Assembly: GCA_973895155.1 (NCBI GenBank) | Contig: OZ316897.1 | Coordinates: 6,748,470-6,812,469, forward strand | Length of the DNA: 64,000 nucleotides | DNA from: Marsupella aquatica | Taxonomy: Eukaryota > Plantae > Marchantiophyta | Direction of reading: 5' to 3' | Program-made: the position numbers and the translations under genes | The notes under the pieces: model-generated | Database searches by the model: none | Told to the model about the DNA's origin: nothing | Seen by the model: only the letters and a program-made list of their open reading frames with translations | Shown: positions 11,622 through 22,765 of the stretch, one piece after another | Layout: each line of letters opens with the position of its first letter | Position numbering within the stretch: the stretch's first letter is position 1

Positions 11622-13792
11622 AGAAGGAGCCAATTGGTCATGGAAAGAAAGAATTGATGAATTGATTGTAACGTCCACTGACTCTACGATAGGCTCTACG
11701 AAAAGCTCTGCTGCTACGGTAGAAAAGCATATTTTCTTCTGCCTTAAAACCACTTTTGCCTCGAGAAATGAACATCTGTAACAGTACAACTGTATCAATG
11801 AGCTCCATGACAAGGCTTGCCTTGGATGAATGAGGGAGAGAGTTGTTTGAAATTCTGTACAGGAATGGTCGCTCTACAGTTGGAAACAGCGACTTTGGGA
11901 AGGAAGAAGATAGTATTCCAGTAGCTGCAAGTTCGCTAATCAATTTCTATTTTGACTGTCCTCTGGCAAGTTTATCAACCTAACTTTTTGTCAGAGTTTG
12001 AGCTACCTTGCCGGTGATTGTGTGACCCCATGATGAGCTTGCAGACGTGCGTGTCCCTTCTCGTCCTCTTCTGCCATAACTCCACATCACTGATAGTATA
12101 AGATGTGCTACAAAATGGAAAGACCCAACAGTAAACGCGCAATTACAGCCCGTCTTCAAGTGTTCCCTACTGACTGCAGAAATCCCAGTCAGCTTCCATG
12201 CCCTCGCGAATCTCGGGAACAACGAATTCCGCTTCTGACGAGGTGACAGGGACGTGAGAATGGTTGCCTGCTGTGTCTCTTCCACATTCTGAACTTCAAC
12301 CTCGGAGAAATGTTACTAACTCCAAAACCGCAAGTGGCTTTGAAGGCTTGCTGGGAAGAGACTAACTAAAGGTAGGCTAGCTGTTGACCTTTCACAATCG
12401 CACCAGGGCTGGCCATTTGAGTGGTTCCATAAGAAATATGTGGGTAACAGATGTGGCTTCAAACAAGCACATGTACCGTAACTCGCTTAATGAAGTTACT
12501 CGATTACAACCCGTGGGCAGAGTGCCGTAAGTAAGAGATGCAGGTCTTAAGCACTTCCAAAAGTGACGGAGCGCAGAGAAGCTCTGCAATGCAGACAGAT
12601 ATAGTTCCTTGTACATGATGGATGTCGTGCAGAACGCACCAGATCCATAAACGCCAAGAAGGGCCTTATTTGGAACGACATAGGGCTCCAGCGCACACGA
12701 GGGTAAACGTGTGTCACGAAGATTGTCGGCAGTGAACGAGAGCCTGGCAAAAACGTACGCGCGAGCAATGGAAGGACTTGACAACTCCAGGATGAAAGCA
12801 TTCGGACGAGTCTCCGGATAAACTCTTGGAGCGTGAAATGAGAGGGTTCGTATGGATTTTCATTGGAACGGAAATGGAGTGTAAGGACTCATTCTCAAAC
12901 GACAGACCTGCTGTTTGAGGACCCCAGCCATGGACATCGTCAGGTAGCCATGGACATAGTCAGGTGGAATGTAACAGTGGGCTAATTTCTGTTATATTTC
13001 GAGCGTATCCGTACGACAGAAACCATAGAATCCTGAGAATGACTCCTTCAAGGAAAAGACACCACCCCCTTCGTGCTCCCTACAGGCGGAATACCGGACA
13101 TCTTAAACAAAAGAAACAGTTCGGGGCAAAAGGACTCTACCTCATTAATGGTGGGAAACCCTCGCAAACAGACCCGGAATCTATCTTCCCCTGAATAAAA
13201 CGGCAGAGAAGACGGAATATCTATAATGTGAATCAAGAACTCAAACATTGCCAGACAGAATTCCTTTATTCATCATCCTTTGTGGCATTGCAACTGTCTG
13301 TCCTCCAAGTTGGAACCCCAGAGTAGTCCCAACCGAGGCTCCGCCATACCACACTATGTTTTGTTGCCTTGGGCAGCGTCTTGTCTTGCCATACCAGGCC
13401 AGACTTGCCTGGAGCGTCAAGTTAATCTGTCTCGAACAAGCTACCGGTACAACAGCGAAGATGAGGGCGCTCATACACGCGCAAGAACAAATCTTTCTAC
13501 GATGTGTTGTCACAGAGATAATGTACTCACACTAATGGCACTGCTCTACTTGCACAATGCAGGCCCACTATGTAAGGGTATCATTACTGGATTGCTGTTG
13601 GAGCTGCAGCACTTGGAGTTGCAGCACTTGGAGCTCCAACAGCACTGTTCCAATCAATTGCTTGTCAATTCTTTGTACAAGTGACGAGCCACGCGGCGTC
13701 GATCTTTCATTCAATCTCAGCCAAGAGAGGCTCCAGTACGTCACTGCAAGACACGGTCCAAATCAATTCCGAGAATCATCACTCGTTGATCA

Positions 13793-15274
13793 TCAAGGGG
13801 GCATCCACCCAGGGCTGGAAGCAAGGCCGTTCCATGCGTAGTGATACCGTTTGTTGTCCAGATCGCAAACGGGCAACCAGGACCATGATCTTCTCGAGAT
13901 ACTGTACATGAGAACCTCTTGGCTGCCCCAATATCTGAGGAATAGGGTATCCCCGCTGCCCACACAGCGCCAGTGCCTCATGGTGGGCGGCCAGTGCTTC
14001 ATGGTGGGCTGGCTCCTGGTGGACGCCAGCAGTTCAAGCAATTCCTGCGGCATCCGGTCCACCTCGATCCATTGCACCCTCCCATCCGCGTGCTCCAGAA
14101 GTCGCCAAATGCGAATGCTCTCGTCCCTCGCGATGCCTGCCACAATGTACAGCCTATTGTACAGCGCCACCAAATTGGGGCACTCCACGCCTTCGATGGG
14201 CACCTCAATCTCTCTCCACACTTCCCTTCTCATCTCGAAGGCCACTATAGTATAGGGTTTTCTCGTAATCGAATATACCGAGCCGTCGCAGCAGATGTTA
14301 CATCTCGTCAGTCTGGATACCGTGGGGTGTGGGAAGACGCTCTCGCAACCCCTCCACGCATTCGTCGACGAGTCGTAGATTTCCGTCACCACAGCACTGT
14401 TATTGATATTCGTTCCAGTACCGCAGTAGTTCCCCACCGTGATGAGCTTGTATTCTTTCGTTGTGAAGTCCACATACATGCCTGCGACGCAGATGCCAGG
14501 CCACGAGCAATTCCTCGTGGTCCCGAGCAGCTTTCTGCAGTCGTTCGTGAGCGGATTCCATACGAAGTGCTCCGCCGTGGCGATCTTCCACTCATACTGG
14601 CGGCTGTACTTGGTCAGGCATACTAGCCCGCCCATGGTGGCTTCGGGGACGACCGTGTCATCGAAATTGACCATATTAATTGAGGGTAGCGTCGTAATGT
14701 GCCATTTCTTTAGCGAAGGGGCGTAGAAGGCTAGTCTATTCTGCGTCACTGTGCCACTCAAGAACCACGTCTCCTCTTGGGCCCTCGGCGTTTGGTAGAC
14801 TTCATCCAGAAAGGCTCGTGACGAGAGCAAACGACTCCAGCCCTTACACACGTTGCGGACCCTGATCAAAGATTGAAAAGGTAAGCGAGCGAGCACGATT
14901 TCCATCAGCTCCCCCGGGAAATTGCCCCACACTCTCGAATCCATGGCCTCCTCCTCCTCCACTTCCATCTCCCTCGTCGTCCCTGTGCAGCAGCAACTTC
15001 CTTCCAGATTCTGGAAATTGGTGCTCGACGACGTCTCCACCACTCGGGAGCAGCAGCCCCTACTGCTTCTCATCCCTGCATTTAAATCCTCTCGAATCCG
15101 CTGCTGCTGTCTCCCGAGTGCCACCATGTTTGTGGGGAGTTCGAATTCATCCACCAGCAACGGACGAGTGACTTTGAATCTTTTGCTGAAATCCTCGCCA
15201 AACAAACCTCTCCAGCCTGTCAAATCGAGAGTCATTCCCGTTCCCAACAGATTCTGCTCTCGAATTCCAACCAT
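13793..15274 (-). CDS. F-box/kelch-repeat (F-box associated) protein, intronless; true start may be a downstream ATG
   Basis: 493-aa ORF with F-box MDSRVWGNFPGELMEIVLARLPFQSLIRVRNVCKGWSRLL, followed by GGLVCL, VWNPLT, TEIYDSSTNAW, W.EVDRMP and YSISRRSWSWLP, typical of plant F-box/kelch proteins. Confidence 0.92.
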   Translation of the reverse strand: MVGIREQNLLGTGMTLDLTGWRGLFGEDFSKRFKVTRPLLVDEFELPTNMVALGRQQQRIREDLNAGMRSSRGCCSRVVETSSSTNFQNLEGSCCCTGTTREMEVEEEEAMDSRVWGNFPGELMEIVLARLPFQSLIRVRNVCKGWSRLLSSRAFLDEVYQTPRAQEETWFLSGTVTQNRLAFYAPSLKKWHITTLPSINMVNFDDTVVPEATMGGLVCLTKYSRQYEWKIATAEHFVWNPLTNDCRKLLGTTRNCSWPGICVAGMYVDFTTKEYKLITVGNYCGTGTNINNSAVVTEIYDSSTNAWRGCESVFPHPTVSRLTRCNICCDGSVYSITRKPYTIVAFEMRREVWREIEVPIEGVECPNLVALYNRLYIVAGIARDESIRIWRLLEHADGRVQWIEVDRMPQELLELLASTRSQPTMKHWPPTMRHWRCVGSGDTLFLRYWGSQEVLMYSISRRSWSWLPVCDLDNKRYHYAWNGLASSPGWMPP

Positions 15275-16432
15275 CTACAGTGCAGCTTCACGTGCAATCC
15301 TAATCTACCTTGACCGGTCGGCTTTCAAATCTCACGAATTCGAAGTAGATGCGATCTCCGTGCTGATTAGAAGCACATTAGATCAATTGTTTACGAGAAG
15401 AAGAGAGTACTCTCATCGAACCGGTAACCCCCAATTGGCCGACATGGGATCTATCCCAATTGTCCGTTCTGCTTCCGCCACGGCTGTTTGTCGCTTCTCT
15501 CCTTGGATGATTTGACAGTCCAGGCCGGCGAGGGTCTCTCTCTCGAAAATGATTGTCGATCGATTCGGCGCAGTTTAATTGCGTTACTTTCCTGGGAGTA
15601 AGGGAGAGTTTTGCAGCGGAGATGCAGCAACAACGCATCATCACCTCAACCTGCCCCGTGGCCACCGGGGATATTGGTGACCCCACCTTGTCGTCCTTTC
15701 TACGATCAGGACCGAGTCTCTCGGAGAGAAAGAAGGCCCGGTTCCACAAAGGTGGACAACTTGCTGCAGAATGCAAGTTGGCGGGAGGCCTCCCGAGTAC
15801 TACCGGTCCTGAACTCGTGTAAAAGGAAACGACTCGTGTCCTGTGAGGATGGAAAATGCGAAAATAATGTGGGGGGAGAGGACAGGATGATGTCTTATTG
15901 TTGGAGGGCCGGGACGAACACAATGGACAAAATACAGCATACACGAAAGACAACCGTAGCTTCCGCCCCCCGTCCTCGTGCTTTGCTGTTGCTGCTGGTG
16001 CCACTGGCTGCACCTTTACTCCTTTGCGGAAGCTGAGTCTGCTGCTGCTGCGGCCGTGCTCTTTCCACAAAGTTTTACTTACTGTCCTGTGATCCTGTCC
16101 TATGGTACTGACGAATTTACCTAAATAAGTCAGTAGCATAAAGTCAGCCTTCTAAAGAGAGCACTCGCCGCTCGCTACTCCCTGCACTCTGCACCCAGCC
16201 TCTGCTGCCGTGCGCTGCCAACATGCTGCTGCTACCAATCTACCAAAGCTGTGCTGTACCGTCTTATCAGAGTATACAGGCAGGGGGGTGGCGTTCAACA
16301 GCTTCGCTTGTCTGTCGTGGTCAGTTAGAAACAGTGATTTTTGAGTTGCGCCAGCAGCGGCCCAGGCAACACCGAAGGAGCTGACAGCCTCTCGCAACTT
16401 TCCTCGTAACAGAATTGGCATAACAGAAACTG

Positions 16433-16524
16433 CTCGCTCTCTCGCTCTCTCGCTCTCTCGTTCACAAATCTCACAATCTCGGCCGGTAAAGTCGAGAATC
16501 TCTTTCTCTTTCTCTCTCTCTCTT
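16433..16524. repeat. CT-rich microsatellite tract upstream of the F-box gene
   Basis: (ctctctcg)n and (ct)n runs. Confidence 0.7.
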
Positions 16525-16941
16525 CTGTCGCTGTGTAAATTTTTCAGTTGAGTCAGTCCGCCACAAACGCCGACGGGATAACTTTATTACATTTCATAAA
16601 TCGCTTCACTCCATCTCGACCGAATCTGACAGAACCGAATCCCTCCTGTCCCTTGCACCGCGGATACCTTGCCTCCCGGAGTATCTCCCCTCTCTGTCTC
16701 ACCAACTCTGAAATGAAATCACATTCTTGCAGAAGACAAAATAAGATCTCGGCTTCTCGCGTTCACCGGGCCGCTACTCTACACAGATCGTGCTGCTTTC
16801 AGCTTCCCTACCTCAACCTCACTCCGTCTCTCTCTCGACGCCCACCCCGCCGCTGCCGATGGAACGCTATAGCTCTCTCCTCCCGCCGATGGGCAACAAC
16901 CAAGGTCATTGGTAAAGGTTATTCTTTTCAGCCAGGGTGCC

Positions 16942-17550
16942 TAATGTCACTTTGTATGAAGTAGGAGATCCTTAGAATACCAGGCGAGTGACCAAATCCA
17001 CGTGGTCACAGCAGGCTTAAACAATAACAATAGCGTTTTGACAATATGATGCCATCTTGCGTGGAAGGACAAGATCTCAAGAATATCATGAGAGTGACCA
17101 AATCCATGTGGTCACACAATAGGATGCACCAAAAGATTTGAATATATGATTTTCAATCTCTTATGGGCCTTCTGGGCCATTTGGGCCCCATCACCTCAGC
17201 TCAAGTAAAGTTGGGCCAAGAATTTTCAAGGTTTTCTTCTTTTCGGCCATGGGGGTACAAATCCACGTGGTCATCACAGGCTTAACAATAACAACAGTGA
17301 TGAGACAATATGATGCCATCTTGGGTGGAATAAGAACGTCCTAAGAATATCATGCCAGTGGCCAAATCCAAAGATTTGAATATATGATATTCAATCCCTT
17401 CCGGGCCATTTGGTCCCACCACTTCAGCTCCAATTAAAGTTGGGCCAAGCATGGGGGCACAAATGTCACCTTGTGTGAAGGAGAAGATACTAAAAATATT
17501 TTTCATTTAATTGTCCTAGATTGATTTCTGACCATCAGATTTTCCTAGTT
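16942..17550 (+). repeat. Degenerate tandem duplication (about 270-bp unit); a shorter shared motif is dispersed at about 16942, 17461, 17903 and 19941
   Basis: caaatccacgtggtca...aatatgatgccatcttg...aagttgggccaag occurs at about 16992-17220 and 17258-17449. The aatgtcaccttgtgtgaaggagaagat-like motif is repeated. Confidence 0.75.
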
Positions 17551-18801
17551 GCCGAGTTGCCCATCACTTCATCATACGAATACTGATGAGGGCTTTACAA
17601 TAACTTAGAGCCCATCTAGTTGTTTTCTAAATTCAAGATACAATTGTAGCCATTCAAATGTGGGAACAGAATACACTTTATATGAACTCCGGGGCACAAT
17701 TTGGCAACTCCTCCTGGTCACCTACCAGTGGGTTGGACTTTTTGCAGTTGTGGCCAACTTTTTTTCATCAAAAACTTGACGTAGTCATAAGGGGACTTTA
17801 CAAGAAAAGAGAGGTCCAAAAATAAGAGGTAACTCTCTCCTTCACTCATTGGTTGGTAGCAAGCAGGGTAATTTGGACAGTTTTACTTTTTTGCCTGGTG
17901 ACAAATGTGACCTTGTGTGAAGGAGAAGATGCTAAGTAATTTTATATAATTTTCCTAGATTTATTTCTGATGGTTAGATTTCTCTAGCTTTAAGAACAGC
18001 CATCAGATTGAAGCTAATGAGGTCCGTGGTGAGGTGGAACTGGCTTCAAAATGAGAAGAGCATGGCTTAGAACATTTTAATGAGGTAGAATTTGGCAAAA
18101 GGCTTGTAAAGACAAAATTTGTGGCTAAGACACTTTAATGAGGTGGAATCTGCCAGATTTCTGCCAGTGAAAAAACATGGGGAACAAGTAACAATTGCAC
18201 GCACACCCATTACCTCAGTATGGGGGGCCTTTCCAAGAACTCCAAGGCCAGCTCTTTTCACTCCTATGTCCGGATGCAATCATAGTCATTCAATGCGGGA
18301 ACAACCAGACTTCACTTTGCATGATTTTTGGGGCACAATAACAAAACCATTACCTATTCCCTCCTAGTGGGTCCCTTGTTTTGCTGATTTGGCCATGCCT
18401 TTTTTTTAATTATCAAAGACGTATTAGACCATCTCTTGAGGATCTTGCTTTATTTCTCTACCCTGATACACTTTAGATAGGCATTTTAATTTTAGTGTGT
18501 GCAATAAATCTCATGTTTAGATGGGTAATAAAGGACGATTTGTGTCCCCAAGGCCTTCCAAAGCGTTCTTATAAAGCCCCCGTTCAAGATTTTCCCGGAC
18601 AGATAGATGATCTAGATTCGTCATGTCTCTCTCCAGAACAATATGTTGATTGCATTGAAAACCCAACTTTGGACCAAATCAAATCTCTCTTTGATTGCAT
18701 TGAAAATCCAATTTTTAACCAAATCAAATCCAACTTAGCAAAATAATGGCATCCAGAATAGAGTAGTCTACCGTGGCCAATAAGGAGGACGAACATTTTG
18801 G

Positions 18802-18929
18802 TGGAATGTTTGTTGGGAATTCACTAATTACAAGTCTTTGGGTATGGACTTGTAATTAGTGAATTCCAAGGGAGCATTCAAGTCTTTGGGTATGGACTTG
18901 TAATTAGTGAATTCCCAACAAACATTCCA
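18802..18929. repeat. Perfect 35-bp inverted repeat (foldback) with internal 37-bp direct duplication
   Basis: 18802-18836 is the exact reverse complement of 18895-18929. 18831-18867 is repeated at 18879-18915. Confidence 0.9.
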
Positions 18930-21102
18930 ACTCTTGGATGCTCCCTGCCTGGCAGTTTTTATTTGGTGATAAGAAATATTCTTCCAATTTTCAAAGTGTC
19001 CAATGTTTTTGGTATGCAAAAGCTAATAGACTTCTGAAATTTGAACTCAGGATTTAGCTTGCCACAAAGAAGAGCATTATGTTGTTGGGACTACTGTTGA
19101 GTAAACTTTGCACTTACAAGAATCTGCACACGATAGCATTAGGAAATGTGAAAACAGATTACTCATGCACTATAGAAAACAGGCAATATCAAGTAACACT
19201 AAATGGCCTGATCCCATGGACAACAATACATAAATTTGCTACGAACAAATTTGTTCATAGTGGTGAACCTGAATTTCTGTATTATACACAGGGAAAATCC
19301 AGATAAATATTCAGTGTTGTAATAATGTTCTTCTTCTCTTATCGTCGATCGGCCGTCCTGCCAGTCCACTAAATATTGATATAGCATGTTCATACTAATA
19401 GATGCTTGTTTTGTCTTATTGAATATTGATTTACCACATTGCCACAAAAGGCTTGCCGGCGAGGGCCATGGAGAGAGCGTGGGCACGAAAGAAATCGCTG
19501 CGGTAAAAGTTGCTGTTGGTGGCCTGCGGGTAAAAGGTAGAAGCCACGAGAAAGAACACAAACTGTAAGCTACATCTGGCGTTCCTTCCGATGACCTACG
19601 GACCTCTCTCTGTGTCCACCAAGGAGACGAAGCGAGGGAGAACTCACGTCCAACCTGACCTGACCAACCTGACCTGACCGGACCTGACCTGACCATGGAT
19701 GAGCTGACCCGACCAGGCCGCACGCACATCACATCGCCTCGTTTGTCTCGTTGCTTCATGGGCAGCAGCATCAAATCACCCCGTTGTCAATCCATCATCC
19801 ACTCACCCACTGCTTTTTTAGATTGGGCTTTTTTAGAGTGGGGCCAAGGAGTGGCGCGTCACTTAGGGTTGCTTTGCAAGAGGTTGGGGCAAGTGTATTT
19901 TTTTAAGGCTTTTCTTTTTTTCCCCTCAGTGGCCTCGAAGGACACCTGGGTGTGAAGTAGAAGATCCTAAAAGAATTATTTATATAATTTTCTTAGATTA
20001 ATTTCTGACCGTGAGATCTCAATTAATTTAAGGATAACCATGAGATTTTTGGCTAGGTGGAAACTGGCTAATGGAATAAATCTGTTTAATTGAGTTCAAT
20101 CTCTTGAATGAATGAAGAAAGGTGCTTCTCCTTGAATGAATAAGGCTACCTCTCTCCTGCCCAAGGTTGGCTTTTGGTGAGCAAACATATAAGGACCAGG
20201 CTGGGGAGTTTAAAAGAAGCGATCTCAAAAGACATTGAGCGGCATGGGGCAGAAACCCAGATCCATTTACCCAGGGCGAGATGGTATGAGATGGTATGAG
20301 ATTGAGACTGCATTAAAATGAGACAACATGGAGTGGGTTGAAGATGCAGACATGGAGACACTTCAAACTACAAAATAAAGGGCATGTCAAAACTACAGTG
20401 AATCGTGTCTAGGTGCGGCTCCCAGGAAGACACCACCAGCTAGCACTTATTTACGGAATGCGCTATGCTATAAGTGCACTGGATATCATTTATGCAATTC
20501 TCCATTTGTGCACGGTCTGCACTACCTAATAAAATTGCTTATGCACTTCCTCATTGTGTTGTAGGTAACACATGTCAGAGAGATCAAACCGCATTTATGC
20601 AAACTGCATTTTTTTGGTGCATTTCAAAAGAAATCTGTGATATTAATTAGGGGACTACATGGCCAGCCTGCATTTGACCATTGAATGCACTTATCCACGC
20701 TGCACTCAGGCATGGTTTACTATATTCTATTCTCAAATCTCCCACTGGAGAAAAAAAATTGTTGGATGATTTGATGATGGGAAACAAGTTTTGGAATTGG
20801 TTGGAACTGGCAGGGTTCCTCTTTATCCCAGTGGTTATTGAGCCCTTGCCTCTCTGCCTCTCTTTGTGACCTTGTTGGTCTAGTCTCCCATCCATGCCTC
20901 TTAGGCTGGTTCTCAGCTCATGCTAAGGAAACGGCTGTTCAAACAGAGGCATGTATGGGGTATGTATGGCCTGCAGCCTGTTTGTGACAGCATTCCCTTA
21001 GCTTTTACCAATGCTCCCCTGGTGAACCATTACGCATCTTGGGTTAGTATAGTCTAGTTAAATCAACCCATTACAAAATGGGGCTAAATTGATCATTATA
21101 CT

Positions 21103-21432
21103 TGTCATACCATTCTAGATGTTGTTGTAGTATATAGTGCTAGTTGAGTATGTACATTTTGTATGTGTGCTATTGGAGCCGATAGGGTTCCATTAGGTTT
21201 GTGTGAGAGGGTAGTTCTCTCTTGTGAGGCATTGAAAGGTTATCTTTCAATGTTGAGCCTTGGAGAGGGGAGCTTGTGTGGTGGCTATGGTGGCTGAGAG
21301 CTCTCTCTATGTAGGGTGGATTCCTTGAGTGCAAGGTGCGTTGGCTCAACATACATGTGTGATCGGATTGGTGCGGGATCGATGGGGTATTGTTGACCGG
21401 GATTGTTGTGCCGATTGATTGTGGAGATTACA
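21103..21432 (+). repeat. Terminal repeat A1 (328-330 bp)
   Basis: Colinear with 32236-32563, with about 10 substitutions counted by eye. Confidence 0.95.
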
Positions 21433-22765
21433 TTGAAAGGTCAGATTCAAAATTTGTTGTACGGACTGTGCGGACAGAAGTTCGATTGATTGAGTTGTCG
21501 ATGATTTGTGGTAGTTTGGATCGTGTGTTGTTATCGAACAAATCGTTGGTATCTCGATCTGTAGCGACGTTGAGTTGTTGTCCGATCAGCCTACTTCCCG
21601 ATCGATGTACAGATCTGTGATTGGTGACAGGTTTTGAGTTCGGACATTACCGTGGGCTGGCTATCGAAGGTAATCAGTTCGGAACGTTGAGGCTATCGTG
21701 TTGATCGTTAGCTTCTGTCAATCTACACTAAAGGTTGGATCACAATCTGTGAAAGGCAGGTTCACAAAGCTCTGATTGGGTCTGCTGTTTTTATGAAGGA
21801 AATTGCTCCTTCCAATTTCAGATGTTGCCAGATTTGATAGCAGGTTGTTGATCTACGAAACCCAGTTGGAGATGTTTGACTATGTTCTTGCATCGATCTG
21901 CTATTTTCAGGAAAAAACATTCACAAATGTTGTTGGATTCGTAGCGGCGCCAATGATGCAGGTGCGGAAGTGAACTGTCAACGATCGTGAATCGTTGGCA
22001 CTTTTGAAGCTGCGTTTTTTTTTGAAGGGATTAAGGGCCGATGTTGCCAAATTGTGTATGCTGTCGGATGGCATTTTTGTGAAGGAAATCGCTGCTTTCA
22101 AATGGAAAATGTTGTCATTTCTGAGCCCGACGACTTCTATTTTGTGCACACACACAAATGTGCGCGCATAAGGCGAATCGCGAGGTCACCCATCCCAGGA
22201 CTATTCCAAGTTGCAAGCGCTTAACTGGCAAGTTCTCATCACATCTTGTGTACACACAAGCTTTCACAACTTGTTGTTTAGATTCAAGCGTCATGGGGCT
22301 TTATACACTTCCCGATTTGTTTAGAGGCCTATTCTAGGCCAAATCAGAGGCTATTTAAGGGTTTTGATACTTCTGAGTCCATCTAAATTCACAGATTGAA
22401 CCAATTTTGCCTCGATTCTCATCTACAACATTGGAGTGCCATTGTGAAGCCTATTATGAAGGCTCTTCCTTGAACTTTATGAACATTGTCATATTGATTT
22501 GCATTTGCTTTTGTGTGGAGAGTTGAATGGTATCCATTCTTGTTTCTGGATCCTCTCCACACATGCTTCCTGTTTATGCGCCGTGTTAGTTTGGTGTGGG
22601 TGCTTGATTCCATAGGAATGATCCGGGTTTGCAACCAGACATTTTAGTTGTGCTGCGTATTTCTCTCCTGGTGATGTTGGAGTGATGCCCAACACACCAT
22701 GGTAAGTGCTTGTGGTGCTGACAGAGACAGATTGCCCTTAGGGTTAGCACATAGATTAAGTTAGT

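Noticed and set aside
10400-12800. Possible highly decayed LINE
   Set aside because: No convincing RT or endonuclease motifs could be read.
13851-16139. Long antisense/overlapping ORFs around the F-box gene (13973-14626, 14922-15515, 15378-16139)
   Set aside because: No recognisable motifs. They are explained as GC-rich shadow frames and low-complexity leader sequence.
21170-21352. Duplicated 60-aa ORF (also 32303-32485)
   Set aside because: A by-product of the A1/A2 repeat duplication, with no coding evidence.
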